From assembly GCF_004010195.1 (NCBI RefSeq), contig NC_057743.1:35665208-35729207 (forward strand): a DNA stretch of 64,000 nt, read 5' to 3'. This stretch comes from Chiloscyllium plagiosum (lineage: Eukaryota). Below, piece by piece: positions 12,693-24,779 of the stretch (the stretch's first letter is position 1; each line of letters starts with the position of its first letter). The position numbers were made by a program, and so were the translations under genes. The notes under the pieces are model-generated. The model had not been told where the DNA came from, ran no database searches, and worked only from the letters and a program-made list of their open reading frames with translations.

Positions 12693-13006
12693 TGTCTAAC
12701 TCCAATGTGCCTACATTCCCTTGACCTACAGCTCCCTACGTAAGAAAGTGATTATTTGCAAAAGAATACTGGACGGGCATTTTAAGGCAAACAACCCTGT
12801 TCAGCTACAAGGATACGTCAAAAGAAGTGGCACTGATTAGATTATTCCACAAATAGTCAGAATGGACTTAATAGGTTGAACGACCTCAAACGTTGCTAAG
12901 ATTATGCGTCTATCAAATCCATTTGTGATGTACCAGTAATGAATGCAATAGTGTATAACTTGCAGCAATTTGATTTTTCAAACTCAAATGTTAATCTATT
13001 ATTCCA

Positions 13007-13380
13007 AATCATAGAGCCATAGAGATGTTTATAGAGGTTTATAAAATCATGATGGGCATGGATAGGATAAATAGACAAAGTATTTTCCCTGGGGTGAGGG
13101 AGTCCAGAACTAAAGGGCATAGGTTTAGGGTGAGAGGGAAAAGATATGAAAGAGATCTAAGCGGCAACTTTTTCATGCATAGGGTGGTACATGTATGGAA
13201 TGAGCTGCCAGAGGAAGTGGTGGAGGCTGGTACAATTGCAACATTTAAAAGGCATCTGGATGGGTATATGAATAGGAAGAGTTTGGAGGGATATGGGCTA
13301 GGTGCTGGCAGGTGGGACTAGATCGGGTTGGGATATCTAGTCGGCATGGATGAGTTGGACCGAAGGGACTGTTTCAATCA
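13007..13380. mobile_element. CR1 insertion with inversion (twin-priming-like)
   Basis: Minus-strand tail piece 13009-13028 abuts a + strand segment 13029-13375, which stops a few nt before that tail. aatca is present at both ends. Confidence 0.8.
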
Positions 13381-14688
13381 ATGCTAGTCTTCTCCTGAAA
13401 CCAGTACAGGCAGTTATAGTAAGCTGTTTAAGGGTGACTGGGGCAACAAGCGAGAATGTGCAACTGAAAAGAATCAGTGCTGTTTTTGTAAAATTCTGGG
13501 ATTCAACGTTTAGCTTTATACCAACTGTGAGGGTGCAAAGAAAGAAACTCTCTTGTCTCCACTGCTAATGAAACACATAAATTCAGTGTACATTAAATTT
13601 TGCAAAGGACTTCAACATTACAGACTAAAGATGATTGAGAGATTATTAACACCATAATTGCCTATTACACTGTTTGAAAACTCTTGCAATGTTCATTGAA
13701 TTTTGTTCCCTTGTCACTCTGGTGTGAACCTGCTACCCAGATCTGATGCAATCATTGGTCATTATACATTTTAAGTACATTTATGGGTCAGTATTATCAG
13801 CTATGAGATCTAAAAACCCTAATATATGCAGCTAAAAGTCAGAATCCATGACAGAAATGAACAAAGTGTTCCCATACGAAAGATTTTAATACACAAGTAA
13901 TAGCTGTAGTGTTCAGTTTCACCTCGAGGCAAAATTACATTGCCGATAAAACCTGATAATATACTTGCCTACTCACCCATCATTATCTAATTCCACTCCA
14001 AGTTCAAGGTTCAAAACTATTTTCAAAAATGCAAAATAGCATATACTGCTTGCATGTTTTTTTCCAGAACAGAGTCATAACACTGGGTATGCAACATTTT
14101 CCATTCTTCACAATTGCCTTTACAAAATTATACTATTTCATTAACATTTGCTGCTTTTGTCTTCAGATAGTGAGAGGCTACACTGAAATTCCATGCCTGG
14201 TGCACATTTGTGTGTGGTATTTTGACTAACATTGTGGATTTGCAACACAGCACGCATTTGGGCTTCAAAGCAAGGCAGTAATTGATTCTACAAGCAAATT
14301 GCTAGTTTAAACTACAACTACGCTTAAAAAGGAATAGAGTGTCAAAATAACTTAGCAAAAAACATAAGATTTAGGAGGAGTGAGATATTCAGCCATTCAA
14401 GTATGCGCTGCTCTTCAACAGGTTATGGCTAACCTGGTGCTAACGGTCTCACTCCATTTGCCAGTCTGACCTCCATAACACTGAACTCCCTCGTCTACAG
14501 ATTTATCTAACACACGCTTGAATAAATTCAACAATCCAGCCAGTGAACCCTGCGGAGAAGAGCGAGCAAGCCCAGCTATTCAAGATGGCAACAGCAACAC
14601 AGTAGGCAGGTCTGCTCCAGCCTGGCTACGTTTTTCTTCTTCTTTTCTTCATCTTCCTGACTTTTGGGAGGGGAGTGGGGGGGAAGAG

Positions 14689-14751
14689 GGAGAGAGAGAG
14701 AGAGAGAGAAAAAAAGAGAGAGAGAGAGAGAGAAAAAGAGAGAGAGAGAGC
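14689..14751 (+). repeat. (GA)n microsatellite with A interruptions
   Basis: Direct reading. Confidence 0.95.
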
Positions 14752-15330
14752 GACAGAGAGCGAGCGCGACAGAGAGCGAGCGCGACAGAGAGCGAGCGCG
14801 ACAGAGAGCGAGGGCGGCAGGGAGCGAGCGCGACAGAGAGCGAGCGCGACAGAGAGCGAGGGCGGCAGGGAGCGAGCGCGACAGAGAGCGAGCGCGACAG
14901 AGAGCGAGGGCGGCAGGGAGCGAGCGCGACAGAGAGCGAGCGCGACAGAGAGCGAGGGCGGCAGGGAGCGAGCGCGACAGAGAGCGAGCGCGACAGAGAG
15001 CGAGGGCGGCAGGGAGCGAGCGCGACAGAGAGCGAGCGCGACAGAGAGCGAGGGCGGCAGGGAGCGAGCGCGACAGAGAGCGAGCGCGACAGAGAGCGAG
15101 GGCGGCAGGGAGCGAGCGCGACAGAGAGCGAGCGCGACAGAGAGCGAGGGCGGCAGGGAGCGAGCGCGACAGAGAGCGAGCGCGACAGAGAGCGAGGGCG
15201 GCAGGGAGCGAGCGCGACAGAGAGCGAGCGCGACAGAGAGCGAGCGCGACAGAGAGCGAGCGCGACAGAGAGCGAGCGCGACAGAGAGCGAGCGCGACAG
15301 AGAGCGAGCGAGACCGAGAGACCGAGAGCG
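14752..15330 (+). repeat. CpG-rich minisatellite: 16-bp unit gacagagagcgagcgc with a 48-bp higher-order repeat (9 copies)
   Basis: Variants gacagagagcgagcgc / gacagagagcgagggc / ggcagggagcgagcgc. The agggcggcag marker recurs every 48 bp from 14811 to ~15195. Confidence 0.95.
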
Positions 15331-15853
15331 CGCAATATCAGCGATGACCAGAGTGGGGTCTCCCAGCTTCATAGGTCTAATGCGTCCAGTCCAGGAATTG
15401 GCAGAACAGCACTGACTGCAGTGATAAAGACATAGGGCCTCCTGGCTGCAGTTGGCCCAAAGCGGGCACCTTGCCTAAATCCTGCAGCCATGTTTGGGAC
15501 CCCGGCCAATGAAGATGAACTCGACTTCAGTACTTCCTTTTATTCTTCTGTACCTCAAAAAGGCACCGGATTTTGGTAACAGAACATTTTTCACTGTATT
15601 TCTCACGATATGTGTGACAATAACTCTTTCATTTATTCCACTGCCTTGTAAGAAAAAATATTCTCTTCTCCAATTTAAAAGTGAGTACTCTAATGTCACA
15701 TTCAAGTGGAAACATCTTCCCAGGAAAAGAATATTCCTTCTTAACTCCAATGGATAAAAGCCTAACATATTTAATGTTTCTTCATAATGTAAGCCCTTCA
15801 TCCCAGGAATGAGTTGAGTGAACCTTCTCTGAACTGCTTCAGATGTAATGATG

Positions 15854-16065
15854 GAGAAAGTGAGGTCTGCAGATGCTGGAGATCAAAGTTGAAACTTTAT
15901 TGCTGGAACAGCACAGCAGGTCAGGCAGCATCCAGGGAACAGGAGATTCGACGTTTCGGGCACAGGCCCTTCTTCAGGAAGAAGGGCCTGTGCCCGAAAC
16001 GTCGAATCTCCTGTTCCCTGGATGCCGCCTGACCTGCTGTGCTGTTCCAGCAATAAAGTTTCAAC
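15854..16065. mobile_element. Near-perfect palindromic PLE-derived element (family 1), young
   Basis: 15-bp TSD tcagatgtaatgatg (15839-15853 / 16066-16080). ~85-bp arms are almost perfectly complementary, with an extra terminus gagaaagtgagg... on the left only. Confidence 0.92.
15947..15980 (-). ncRNA. Minimal type I hammerhead ribozyme-like motif (intact core), sense to RERE pre-mRNA
   Basis: TTC-CTGAAGA-A-GGGC-CTGT-GCCC-GAA-ACGT-C-GAA: stem I UUC/GAA, stem II GGGC/GCCC, palindromic ACGU, GUC cleavage triplet. Confidence 0.7.
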
Positions 16066-16329
16066 TCAGATGTAATGATGCCAATTTTTAAAGTTTTGGT
16101 CTCATTTGGAATACCCAAAAGTACCTCACTGGAGCTCTGTGTAGCTACAGTAAACGTCCATATTTTTATTTTCCATTCCCTTCAGAATAAATGCCAACAC
16201 TGTTTGCTTTCTTAATCCCTTGCTTTAGCTGCATATTAACTTTGTGATTCACATACTGGGAGAATACACAGACAGCATGCCACTGATACAAATGGTCTAC
16301 TTGTTAAATGCAAAACTAAATCAGTCCTG

Positions 16330-16620
16330 CACGGTCAGATGAGCCTTAAAAATCAGTGCTCATTTGCCCTCTTATATGGGTGCAAAAGATTTTTTGGGGC
16401 TATTCAAAAAACAACAAAGTAATTTGTCCTGTTTTCTGGCCAATTTTTATCAATGAACACCGCTTAACAGATCATTCCCACTTGAGGGATCTTGCTGTGT
16501 GCTATCTGGCCTCACTTTTCTCCATACATTAAAATAGCAAGTACATTTCACCACGAATCTCATTGGACATGAAGCACTTTGAAATGTTCAGAGATCATAA
16601 ATAAATAGATACAGGCCTTT
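16330..16620 (+). mobile_element. Ancient Deu-domain SINE remnant (SacSINE1/AmnSINE-like)
   Basis: tcagatgag...gggtgcaaaagat...ctattcaaa...ctggccaatttttatc...gggatcttgctgtg...cattggacatgaagcactttg, similar to 47695-48090. Confidence 0.55.
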
Positions 16621-17224
16621 TCTTTGTATATATTTTAAAACAGAGCAGAAACAGCCAATGCTGAAAATGGCTTGTTGTTAAAAGCTATTCCAACTTGGTT
16701 ATTCTTTATTTAGATCAGTTGAAATAAATCAAAAGCAAAACATGCCATAAGTCATATTGCTAGGGCATTACAGTTTCACACATTTCTAGCCTATCCTCCC
16801 ATCTTCGCCTCACTCCACAAATAAAAATGGTATTTGTGACTTCAGTGATCTCGACCCAAACTGGAATCCTTTGCATAAACCCCTCAAGTCTTCCCTCCTT
16901 CTCCTCCTCTTCCAGCAAGCTTGTCATCCCTCCTATTATCTGTTTTCTTTGATCAGCCTCCACTTATGTTGCACTACACGCGAGGCACCACAGGACGATT
17001 AACATGCTAAAACATGCCGCACAAATGTAGAATCTGTGAGCAGTAAACAAATATCAGCCCCGTCATGCTCAGTTGATGGTCTTTTCTCATGATCTTACCA
17101 TTCCAAATTACTTCATAATGCAATATAGAAGAGGGATTACGATCTCCAGTCGACAAAATCTTAACACGAACAGGACTTGCTCATTACAAAACAAATAGCA
17201 GTTCAGGCAACCTCTGGTTGGTTA

Positions 17225-17457
17225 AAAATCACACAACACCAGGTTATAGTCCAACAGGCTTAATTGGAAGCACTAGCTTTCGGAGCACTGTTCCTTCATC
17301 AGGTGGTTGACCACTGCTCCTTCATCAGGTGGTTGACCACCTGATGAAGGAGCAGCGCTCTGAAAGCTAGTGCTTCCAATTAAACCTGTTGGACTATAAC
17401 CTGGTGTTGTGTGATTTTTAACCTTGTACACCCCAGTCCAACACCGGCATCTCCGAA
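17225..17457. mobile_element. Palindromic PLE-derived element (family 2) with three CTGATGA cores
   Basis: 12-bp TSD tctggttggtta (17213-17224 / 17458-17469). Arms aaaatcacacaacaccaggttatagtccaacagg... and their reverse complement. Confidence 0.92.
17338..17372 (+). ncRNA. Minimal hammerhead ribozyme-like motif
   Basis: CAC-CTGATGA-A-GGAGC-AGC-GCTCT-GAA-AGCT-A-GTG: stem I CAC/GUG, palindromic AGCU, CUA triplet. Confidence 0.7.
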
Positions 17458-20400
17458 TCTGGTTGGTTAGCCATTAAGTTCAGAAAGTCTAGAGTTGCAT
17501 TTCACTGAACTACAATTTATTTGATGCAGCCAAGGAGCGATAACAACATCCTAACTATTCTGCTCATTTCTTTTGTCTGAAATCTAACTTGTCTAGTCTA
17601 AAAAGTAGCCAACAGACATGTGGATGTTACTTATATTCCTAGTTGTTACATACTTTTCTCCAGAAGGCATTAGATTTTGCTGAGATACAGATGCATGGCA
17701 CTGGTAGCTTTTGACTGCCTCAGCCTTGTAACTATTGTTGATATACATCACTAAACAGCATTTGTAAACTAATTGTCTACATTTACCTTAAAAGCATTCA
17801 TGAGCCCATCTACACTGCTCCAATTTTTTCAGCCAATACTATTGCTCCTTTACAAACCTAAAGAAAAGTCCCAGCTAACAGTCAAAATAAAGTTACAACT
17901 GATGGGATGAAAAGTTACCATCACCTTGTGCATACTTCAGGATTAAAAAAAACACATTCTGAAACAAAGAGATTAGGAGATAAGGTTATTTTCTTTAGTA
18001 GACGTGTGCAGGTGATGTAGTAAAGTTATGATGAAATATTAAATACTGAACAACTTTACCTCAGTAAAACAGTTTGTAGTGTTAACTTACACTTATTACA
18101 CGAGAACAGAAAAAGAAGAATGTCACCTGGCTGCCTTTGCACACATTTCATTTACAATCATTTGCTCACTCCCAACCACAGCTGGGAAAATATTTACACA
18201 AAAAGAATCCCTTCAATGAAAATGCATAAACTATGCAAGTAAACAATATCAAACTTTACAAGATAGAATTATAAACCTATAATGTTTTATTTTGCTTTTT
18301 CCAATTCTGCATTAGGAAAACATGCATAAAATTACTTTTGAAAGAAAAAACTCAAATGGTTTTGAACATGTTACAGTCTGTTGCTTTGTATTTGCATATT
18401 TCTCATCAACTGATCAAATTTGCATTTAGACTGAATAGAAATTCTTTATAGGGATGCTAATAGTAAATGTTCTTAGTCAAGGTTCTCTCCCATTGAAGTG
18501 GCTTGCTCAGAAAACTGCAGAACACACTTCAGTGTGCACATCATGAAATTAAATTACAAACCATCACGGTCAGACACTGAACAAAACTTTTCAATACCTT
18601 CACCCAAAAGCTTACACAATTTTGAAGACACGATAATGCAACTGAAGGCAGAGTGAATAGAAATGTTTTACAAAGCTTTAAACTCCAGAAGTCCAGTTAT
18701 GGCAGAGTTATAACTTTAAAAATACTCCTCTAAACTATAGTTTACAAAACAATCTGTTACCTTTTTGGAGCCTTATTCTGGCATTTTACCAGAGTTTGTA
18801 TCTATTGGTACTGCTAACTATCAGTATTGCTTTGTGATGCTTTCAATGTGACTCCCAGACATATGACAGGAAGTTTGTGTTTTACAGTATTACGCCTCCA
18901 ACGCAGAGGTACAATATGATCAGCTGACAGGAACTAAGGGTTTTATTGAGCAGCACACTAGGCAATTTAACTTTCAAACCAGTGTCCATAAAACATGGGC
19001 TCCTTGATCTACTTTTCATATTTATTAATCATAACTCAGTAATATATTTAGCGCTGAGAGTCCAGAGAATGGACCTAATTCTCAATCCCACAAAACGAAG
19101 AAACTTCACCTCAAAATTCATAGTAGATTAAAGGTGAAAGGCAAAATCCAGATTGGATCATTGAGATACATAATTATAAACAGCAAAATCAAAATGTACT
19201 TTTCTTACCTTAAGTAAATATACAATTACTTAACACAAAAAGGCACACTGCTTTTTGGGATCAATCATGTTAAAATAAACACAATTACTGCACAACTTAG
19301 TCTCAAAAAAAATCCTGTACCATGAGTGCACTTCACAAACTCAATAGCTTTTAAAGAACCACATGTTTTCAATCATATATCCCTTAGAGATCAGAACATT
19401 AGTCCAGTATGTTAGTCACTTGCATTTTGTAAGCGCACATTATCACTAATGGCAGTTATAAATCAGATAGTTGCAAGAAACAATATGTATTGAACAAATC
19501 TATTTTCTTCAGGAAATTCAAAAATCTTGTCAATGAGCTATACTATAAGAAATAAATGTAATCTATTTTTCAACAACTGTATAGTGAATTTTGTGGGAAC
19601 CAATGAAGACATCTGGCACTTTATTATTCTGCATTTGCTTTTGGGGGATGGCTTGCAAGCATTCATAGTAAGCTGTCCAGGAGGTCTAGCAGTTGTATAA
19701 AATGGCTTCAATCAACAGGTTACAGTGTAACTGTCAAATACATAAATCTAGATGCAAAACAGTGTTTAAGCTCCAAGTACTTGCAGAACAAAACCCTTTT
19801 TATTTTGTGGTTGGGATGAAATTTAAGGGAGCTCTTTAAATACTTTGTTCAATTTCAGCCAAACCTTCCTAATTTCAGTTTCACAGTAGCTCAAATACAA
19901 ATCTATATTTAGTGCATTTCAAAGATAGCTATATTGCCTCCTGTGACTGAGGTTCCAGATTTTACTTGTTTTCAATACATCAGATAGGACTAATGCCCTC
20001 TCAGAGTGTGCTGTCTACATGTTGGAGTTGAAAATTAGCCATCCCTACAGAGAATTTTGTACTAATTATTTTTAAACCAACTGAAACAAAGATTTTAATA
20101 TAAAACTCAAGGCAGTCAGATGAAATACTAACAATGGTGGAAAACCATAACATAATATTTGTTCACCAAATGGATCACAGTAATCTCCTTTTCTTTTAAT
20201 ATTTAGAAGCAGATGTGGAGAGTATAATCAACACCATATGGATCTTAAACCTTTCTATATTTAAACTCAAAGCACTAACCTCCATCCTTTAGACACTGGA
20301 CAATGCTGCCTCCAATTAGCCAATTATTTTGCTTCTGTAATAATATTTGTACCAAATAATTACATGATTTGCTTTTGGATCTGGGACCTCACTCTTTGCT

Positions 20401-22047
20401 TTAACCTCTTTTAAAGTGTTGCTTGTAACTCGAGGAGCTTAATTTCAGTAAACCCCCTCATTTTCCGATAAAATGTTAAGTGTAGAATGTGGAATAGAAA
20501 AGCAGTTGTTGCAGTGATTTTCAATCTACTATAACACAATTTTAAAACATCTGCAACAATGCATATGATACAAATATATTTTAAATCTTTAGTTTCACGC
20601 AAGATGATACCAGTAATTATAAAAGAAATCTGCAAAAGAAAAACTGCTTTTTCTATCAACAAAACTTTTAGATAGAGTTTCTCAGACCAAAACAAATTTT
20701 GAACTTCAGTCGGAGACTGCTGACTATTCAAAATCACTATTCAAGCTGTGCAAACGTACACAGCAGTTATTATTGCAGACATTTGTGTACAATCTCTGCC
20801 AAACAGATTTTAAAAAATGATCTTTTAATCACTAAATTTTACCCAAAAAGTATCCATTAGGGTTAACCGCCTGCAATACGAAACAGATTTCAATGGAAAA
20901 CTTTTTCCCCTCCAATTCTTCGGCTTCAGAGCATTCAACAAAGCTCAATTAGTTTATAGCAGAACCAAGAACTTTAAGTATTGAAAATAATAAAATCTTA
21001 GTACCTAAACGAGACATTTTTTCCAGGATTAGATTTCCTGAGTTATAACATACTTATACAAATTACATGAGAAGATAAACATTTAGTAAATATACATATT
21101 TGTGTGTGCGTGTGCATGCATGAATACTTGTGTACATTTTGGAGACCAAGAGAAAGGAGTGCTATACACTAGCAAGAGACACACCATCACACCAACGTTA
21201 AAATTAATAACTGTCAACTTAACAGACCCCATTGAAAACTGCTTTCAATCCAATCAGCACAGACTGAAAAGGTGTTAGAGAGATTTAGTGTCGCAGATTT
21301 GACGAATATAAGTATTATCAGTGATCAACTCAGTCACATCTTACAGTTTATATTTCTCAGTTGCTGGCTACAGTGGGCATTGGCAGCAGGGACTGGATCA
21401 GACTATCCAAACAGCCTCTCATTACAGATGGCCCTGTTGATAGTGCTTCCACTTCCTAATCCATAGAAATGGACAGAGACCAAAGAGCGGATTCACTGGA
21501 TTTGTTTCTCTTCACTTTGCTGAAGATTACACTGTACTTTAATTAGAATTTTACAGGTAATTCCATCCAGATTATTTTTATGCAAACAAATACCTTGTTC
21601 ATATTCAACTGCTTCTCAACGTTGCTACTCTCCTGCCCAAAGATAAAACTTGATGAACTAGTGCTCTCTCCCCATATAGACGGTATTTTTAAAAACAAAA
21701 CTGCAACACATCTGCTGCTCTTGACATGTTAGCTATGCCTATAATTCTACAAAAATGCATCTAACTTGCCCAACACTAGATACCATCATAAACTTAATTC
21801 CCAGAAGCCCAACAAGAAGCAATTAAATCCATACTGCAGAGTGTTAGAGGAACTATTATGAAAGGAGGCAGATTATCCATTCCAAAACTCTCTTTGGAAA
21901 TTAACTTTACCTCAATCTCGGAACAAAAAGCACCTTTCCTCCTTAATTTCGTCATTTCAAAATGCTCAAGAATGGAATCAATCTTTCAATTATGTTATGC
22001 AAAAGTCTCTTGTATGTTTCACACATTATATTGGTACAAGCACTTAG

Positions 22048-22714
22048 AGTCATAGAAATGTACAGCATGGAAACAGACCCTTCGGTCCAACCCATCCATG
22101 CTGACCAGATATCCCAACCCAATCTAGTCCCACCTGCTAGCACCTAGCCCATATCCCTCCAAACCCTCCCTATTCATATACCCATCCAAATGCTCTGACC
22201 AATAAAAGAAAGCATACCAACGCCTTCACTATCCTATCTACCTGCGACTCCACTTTCAAGGAGCTACGAACCTGCACTCCAAGGTCTCTTTGTTCAGCAA
22301 CACTCCCTAGCACCTTACTATTAAGTGTATAAGTCCTGCTAAGATTTGCTTTCCCAAAATGCAGCACCTCGCATTTATCTCAATTAAACTCCATCTGCCA
22401 CTTCTCGGCCCATTTGCCCATCTGATCAAGATCCTGTTGCAAACCACGTTTGCCAACCTCCAGTCTTCCGGCACCTCACCCGTGACTATTGATAATACAA
22501 ATATCTCAGCAAGAGGCCCAGCAATCACTTCTCTAGCTTCTCACAAAGTTCTCGGGTACACCTGATCCGGTCCTGGGAATTTATTCACCTTATGCGTTTC
22601 AAGACATCCAGCACTTTCTCCTCTGTAATATGGACATTTTGCAAGGTGTCACCACCTATTTCGCTACTTTCTATATCTTCCATATCCTTTTCCACAGTAA
22701 ATACTGATGCAAAA
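22048..22714 (-). mobile_element. CR1 insertion with two large internal deletions
   Basis: Tail (22048-22190) jumps to mid-ORF2 (HFGKANLSRTYTLN..., 22190-22440), then to a further upstream part (IAGPLAEIF..TGEVPEDWRLANV). cacttag is duplicated at 22041-22047 / 22715-22721. Confidence 0.85.
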
Positions 22715-23142
22715 CACTTAGTGTGTAAAAACTTAGTTTCTGCATTTAAAGTCATTTTATCCCTTTGGTGGCTTGCATGCTAACCTGTCACCTCCTATCA
22801 AAGTTTTGTTTGCGGTTTCATGAGAATTATTGTTTAAAGGGATCCGTCAAAATGAGTCATATTAAAAAGGTCAAAAACAGGTAAACCATTTCAAAAAGAT
22901 GCATGGACTAACATCAGTCTTTGAAGTGACATCTTCAAAGTACAAACTAGAAAGGTGAGCTATTAACTAAACAACTAAAATATCAATAATTATAAAATAG
23001 ATTTTAAACTTCTCACAAACAAGGCAGCTGTCAATTGGTAACTGCGTACTAAAACATCTGTACATGTACTCAATGGGCAGTGTTCACATCAAGCATTCTA
23101 GTTTTGGATTCATAACCAAAATTTTCATTTAAATATTTTTTC

Positions 23143-23467
23143 ATAGCAATCCGAACAGTGTGGAAACAAGCCCTCCAGCCCATTGAGCCCTCATCAACCC
23201 TCCGAACAGCATCCCACCCAGACTCATATTCCCAATCCTATCTCTGTCAGCCTGCATTTCCCCATGGCTAATCTACGTAGCCTGAACATCCTGGATACTA
23301 CAAGCAATTCAGCATGCCTAATTTACCTAACCTGCATGCCTTTGGACTGTGGGAGGAAACCCACACAGACACAGGGCAAACTGTATACAGTCACCAAAGG
23401 GTGAAATTGAACCGGTGTCCCTGGCGCTGTAAGGCAGCAGTCTTAACCAATGAGCCACTGTGCCATC
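23143..23467 (-). mobile_element. HE1-type tRNA-derived V-SINE (degenerate)
   Basis: Reverse-complement similarity to 59703-60010 (ttggactgtgggaggaaaccc; ccctggcgctgtaaggcagcag...ccactgtgcca). Confidence 0.85.
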
Positions 23468-24779
23468 CTACTTTACATTGATGATGTCCTGGTGGCGTTA
23501 CGCTCCCCGCTCAGTCGAAGCAAAACGCTCAGAGACAGAGTAGTTTTACTTCCGCCATCTTTAGTTCGGGCCTGGAGGGAGAGAGAACGATCGCCCATGG
23601 GCACAGACACGAGTTCACTGTCTTCCCTGGAAGACAGTTATCAGTCATATAGTCATTTTACAGGGAAGAGAATCCAGATAAGGCAACATACATATTAATT
23701 GGGTGGCCAATACAATCAGCGAGTATCAATGGTAAAGATTAAGCCATCTGCTGTTACACAATGAATAACTGGCTTCACATAATGAATACTTTTCACCTCG
23801 TTAGATTGACCTCTCATACTAAATGCTTCTACTATTGTTAAATGATTCTACATAATGAAATGCTTTTCCATTTTGTTAACCCATTACCCTTGCCTCCAGC
23901 ACCCTATTGTTAACTGTAAGGCTTTAGTTGATCTGAGTCATGTTCAGCTGAACCCCTTGTTTCACAAAACTCCGAACTTAACTCCTTCCCTGCCTGCTTA
24001 TACCCTATACACATTCTCTCTGGTTTACAGTGAAACTGGGAAGACACTTGGAAGAACTGAAAGTTTTATTTAAGAAATTACAAATGGTTGATTTAGTGAT
24101 AAATCTTGCCAGAAATAAATTTGCAAAGCACTAATAACCTATATAGACCATATAATAGGGCATGGACATGTACCATCAAGAACAATAAAACTATAACCTT
24201 GAGTAGTGTCCTCCTGTCCTAAATTCACATGAAATAGACCATGTACTCTTTGTTGCTGAAAAGTGTTAACTTAATTATTTCCATGGAATTGAATATTCAT
24301 CTAAAAGACCATTTATTTTATTAAGCCCAGTAGTCCCATTTTGACAGACTTTTGTTTTATATAAAGCATCAATATGTGCAAATTTCAATTTAAATCAGGG
24401 ATTTGTTCTGATTTGTTACTCTGTGCTACTTTGCTTTCTCCTTTAATTTTCTTTTTGCAGGACATCATACTCATAATTCCATTTAACAGATCAGAACAGA
24501 GAAAATCTAAACTATATTTCTTAAGGGAATGATAGTAATTTTCTGTGTAGAGTTGAAATTTTAAAAATCTATCTATTCATGAGAAATTAGGTTTAAATCA
24601 ATAGTTCTGTAGAAAGGACATAGCTTCTGAAGGAAAAATAAAAAATTAACTCCAGGTAACTTACATTTTCCATAAGACATGACAAGAAACTAAAAATTAT
24701 TAAGACTTATCAATTGATCAAAGATTTTATCATCAGTTTGCATGGTATTGCTGGCAAATCAACCACATAGTTTGACTTT

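Larger units (their letters stand above)
14541..15635 (+). mobile_element. SINE-like / non-autonomous non-LTR element hosting the minisatellite
   Basis: Interrupts the old CR1 and has caagatggc near its 5' end. The LINE-type tail ttttcactgta...gtgtgacaataa (15589-15623) is also seen at ~38960-39200. Confidence 0.4.
14361..16260 (-). mobile_element. Old CR1 3' fragment split into pieces (14361-14540, ~15640-15853, ~16081-16260) by later insertions
   Basis: aacataagatttaggaggag...cagccattcaag...atggctaa tail; continuation gtgaaccttctctgaactgcttc and ccattcccttcagaataaatgccaacac. Confidence 0.6.

Noticed and set aside
14752-15330. CRISPR-like array
   Set aside because: Head-to-tail repeats without unique spacers, in eukaryotic DNA with no cas genes.
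14518-15435. Five long ORFs, some with RE/RD-rich repeats resembling RERE's dipeptide repeats
   Set aside because: They are translations of a stop-free GA/GC minisatellite open on both strands. The RE-rich frames are antisense to RERE, so the resemblance is coincidental.
15854-16065. MITE or pre-miRNA interpretation of the palindromes
   Set aside because: TSDs are long and variable (11-17 bp), the ends are asymmetric, single-arm copies have TSDs, and the centre carries PLE-type hammerhead motifs. There is no evidence of miRNA processing from sequence alone.
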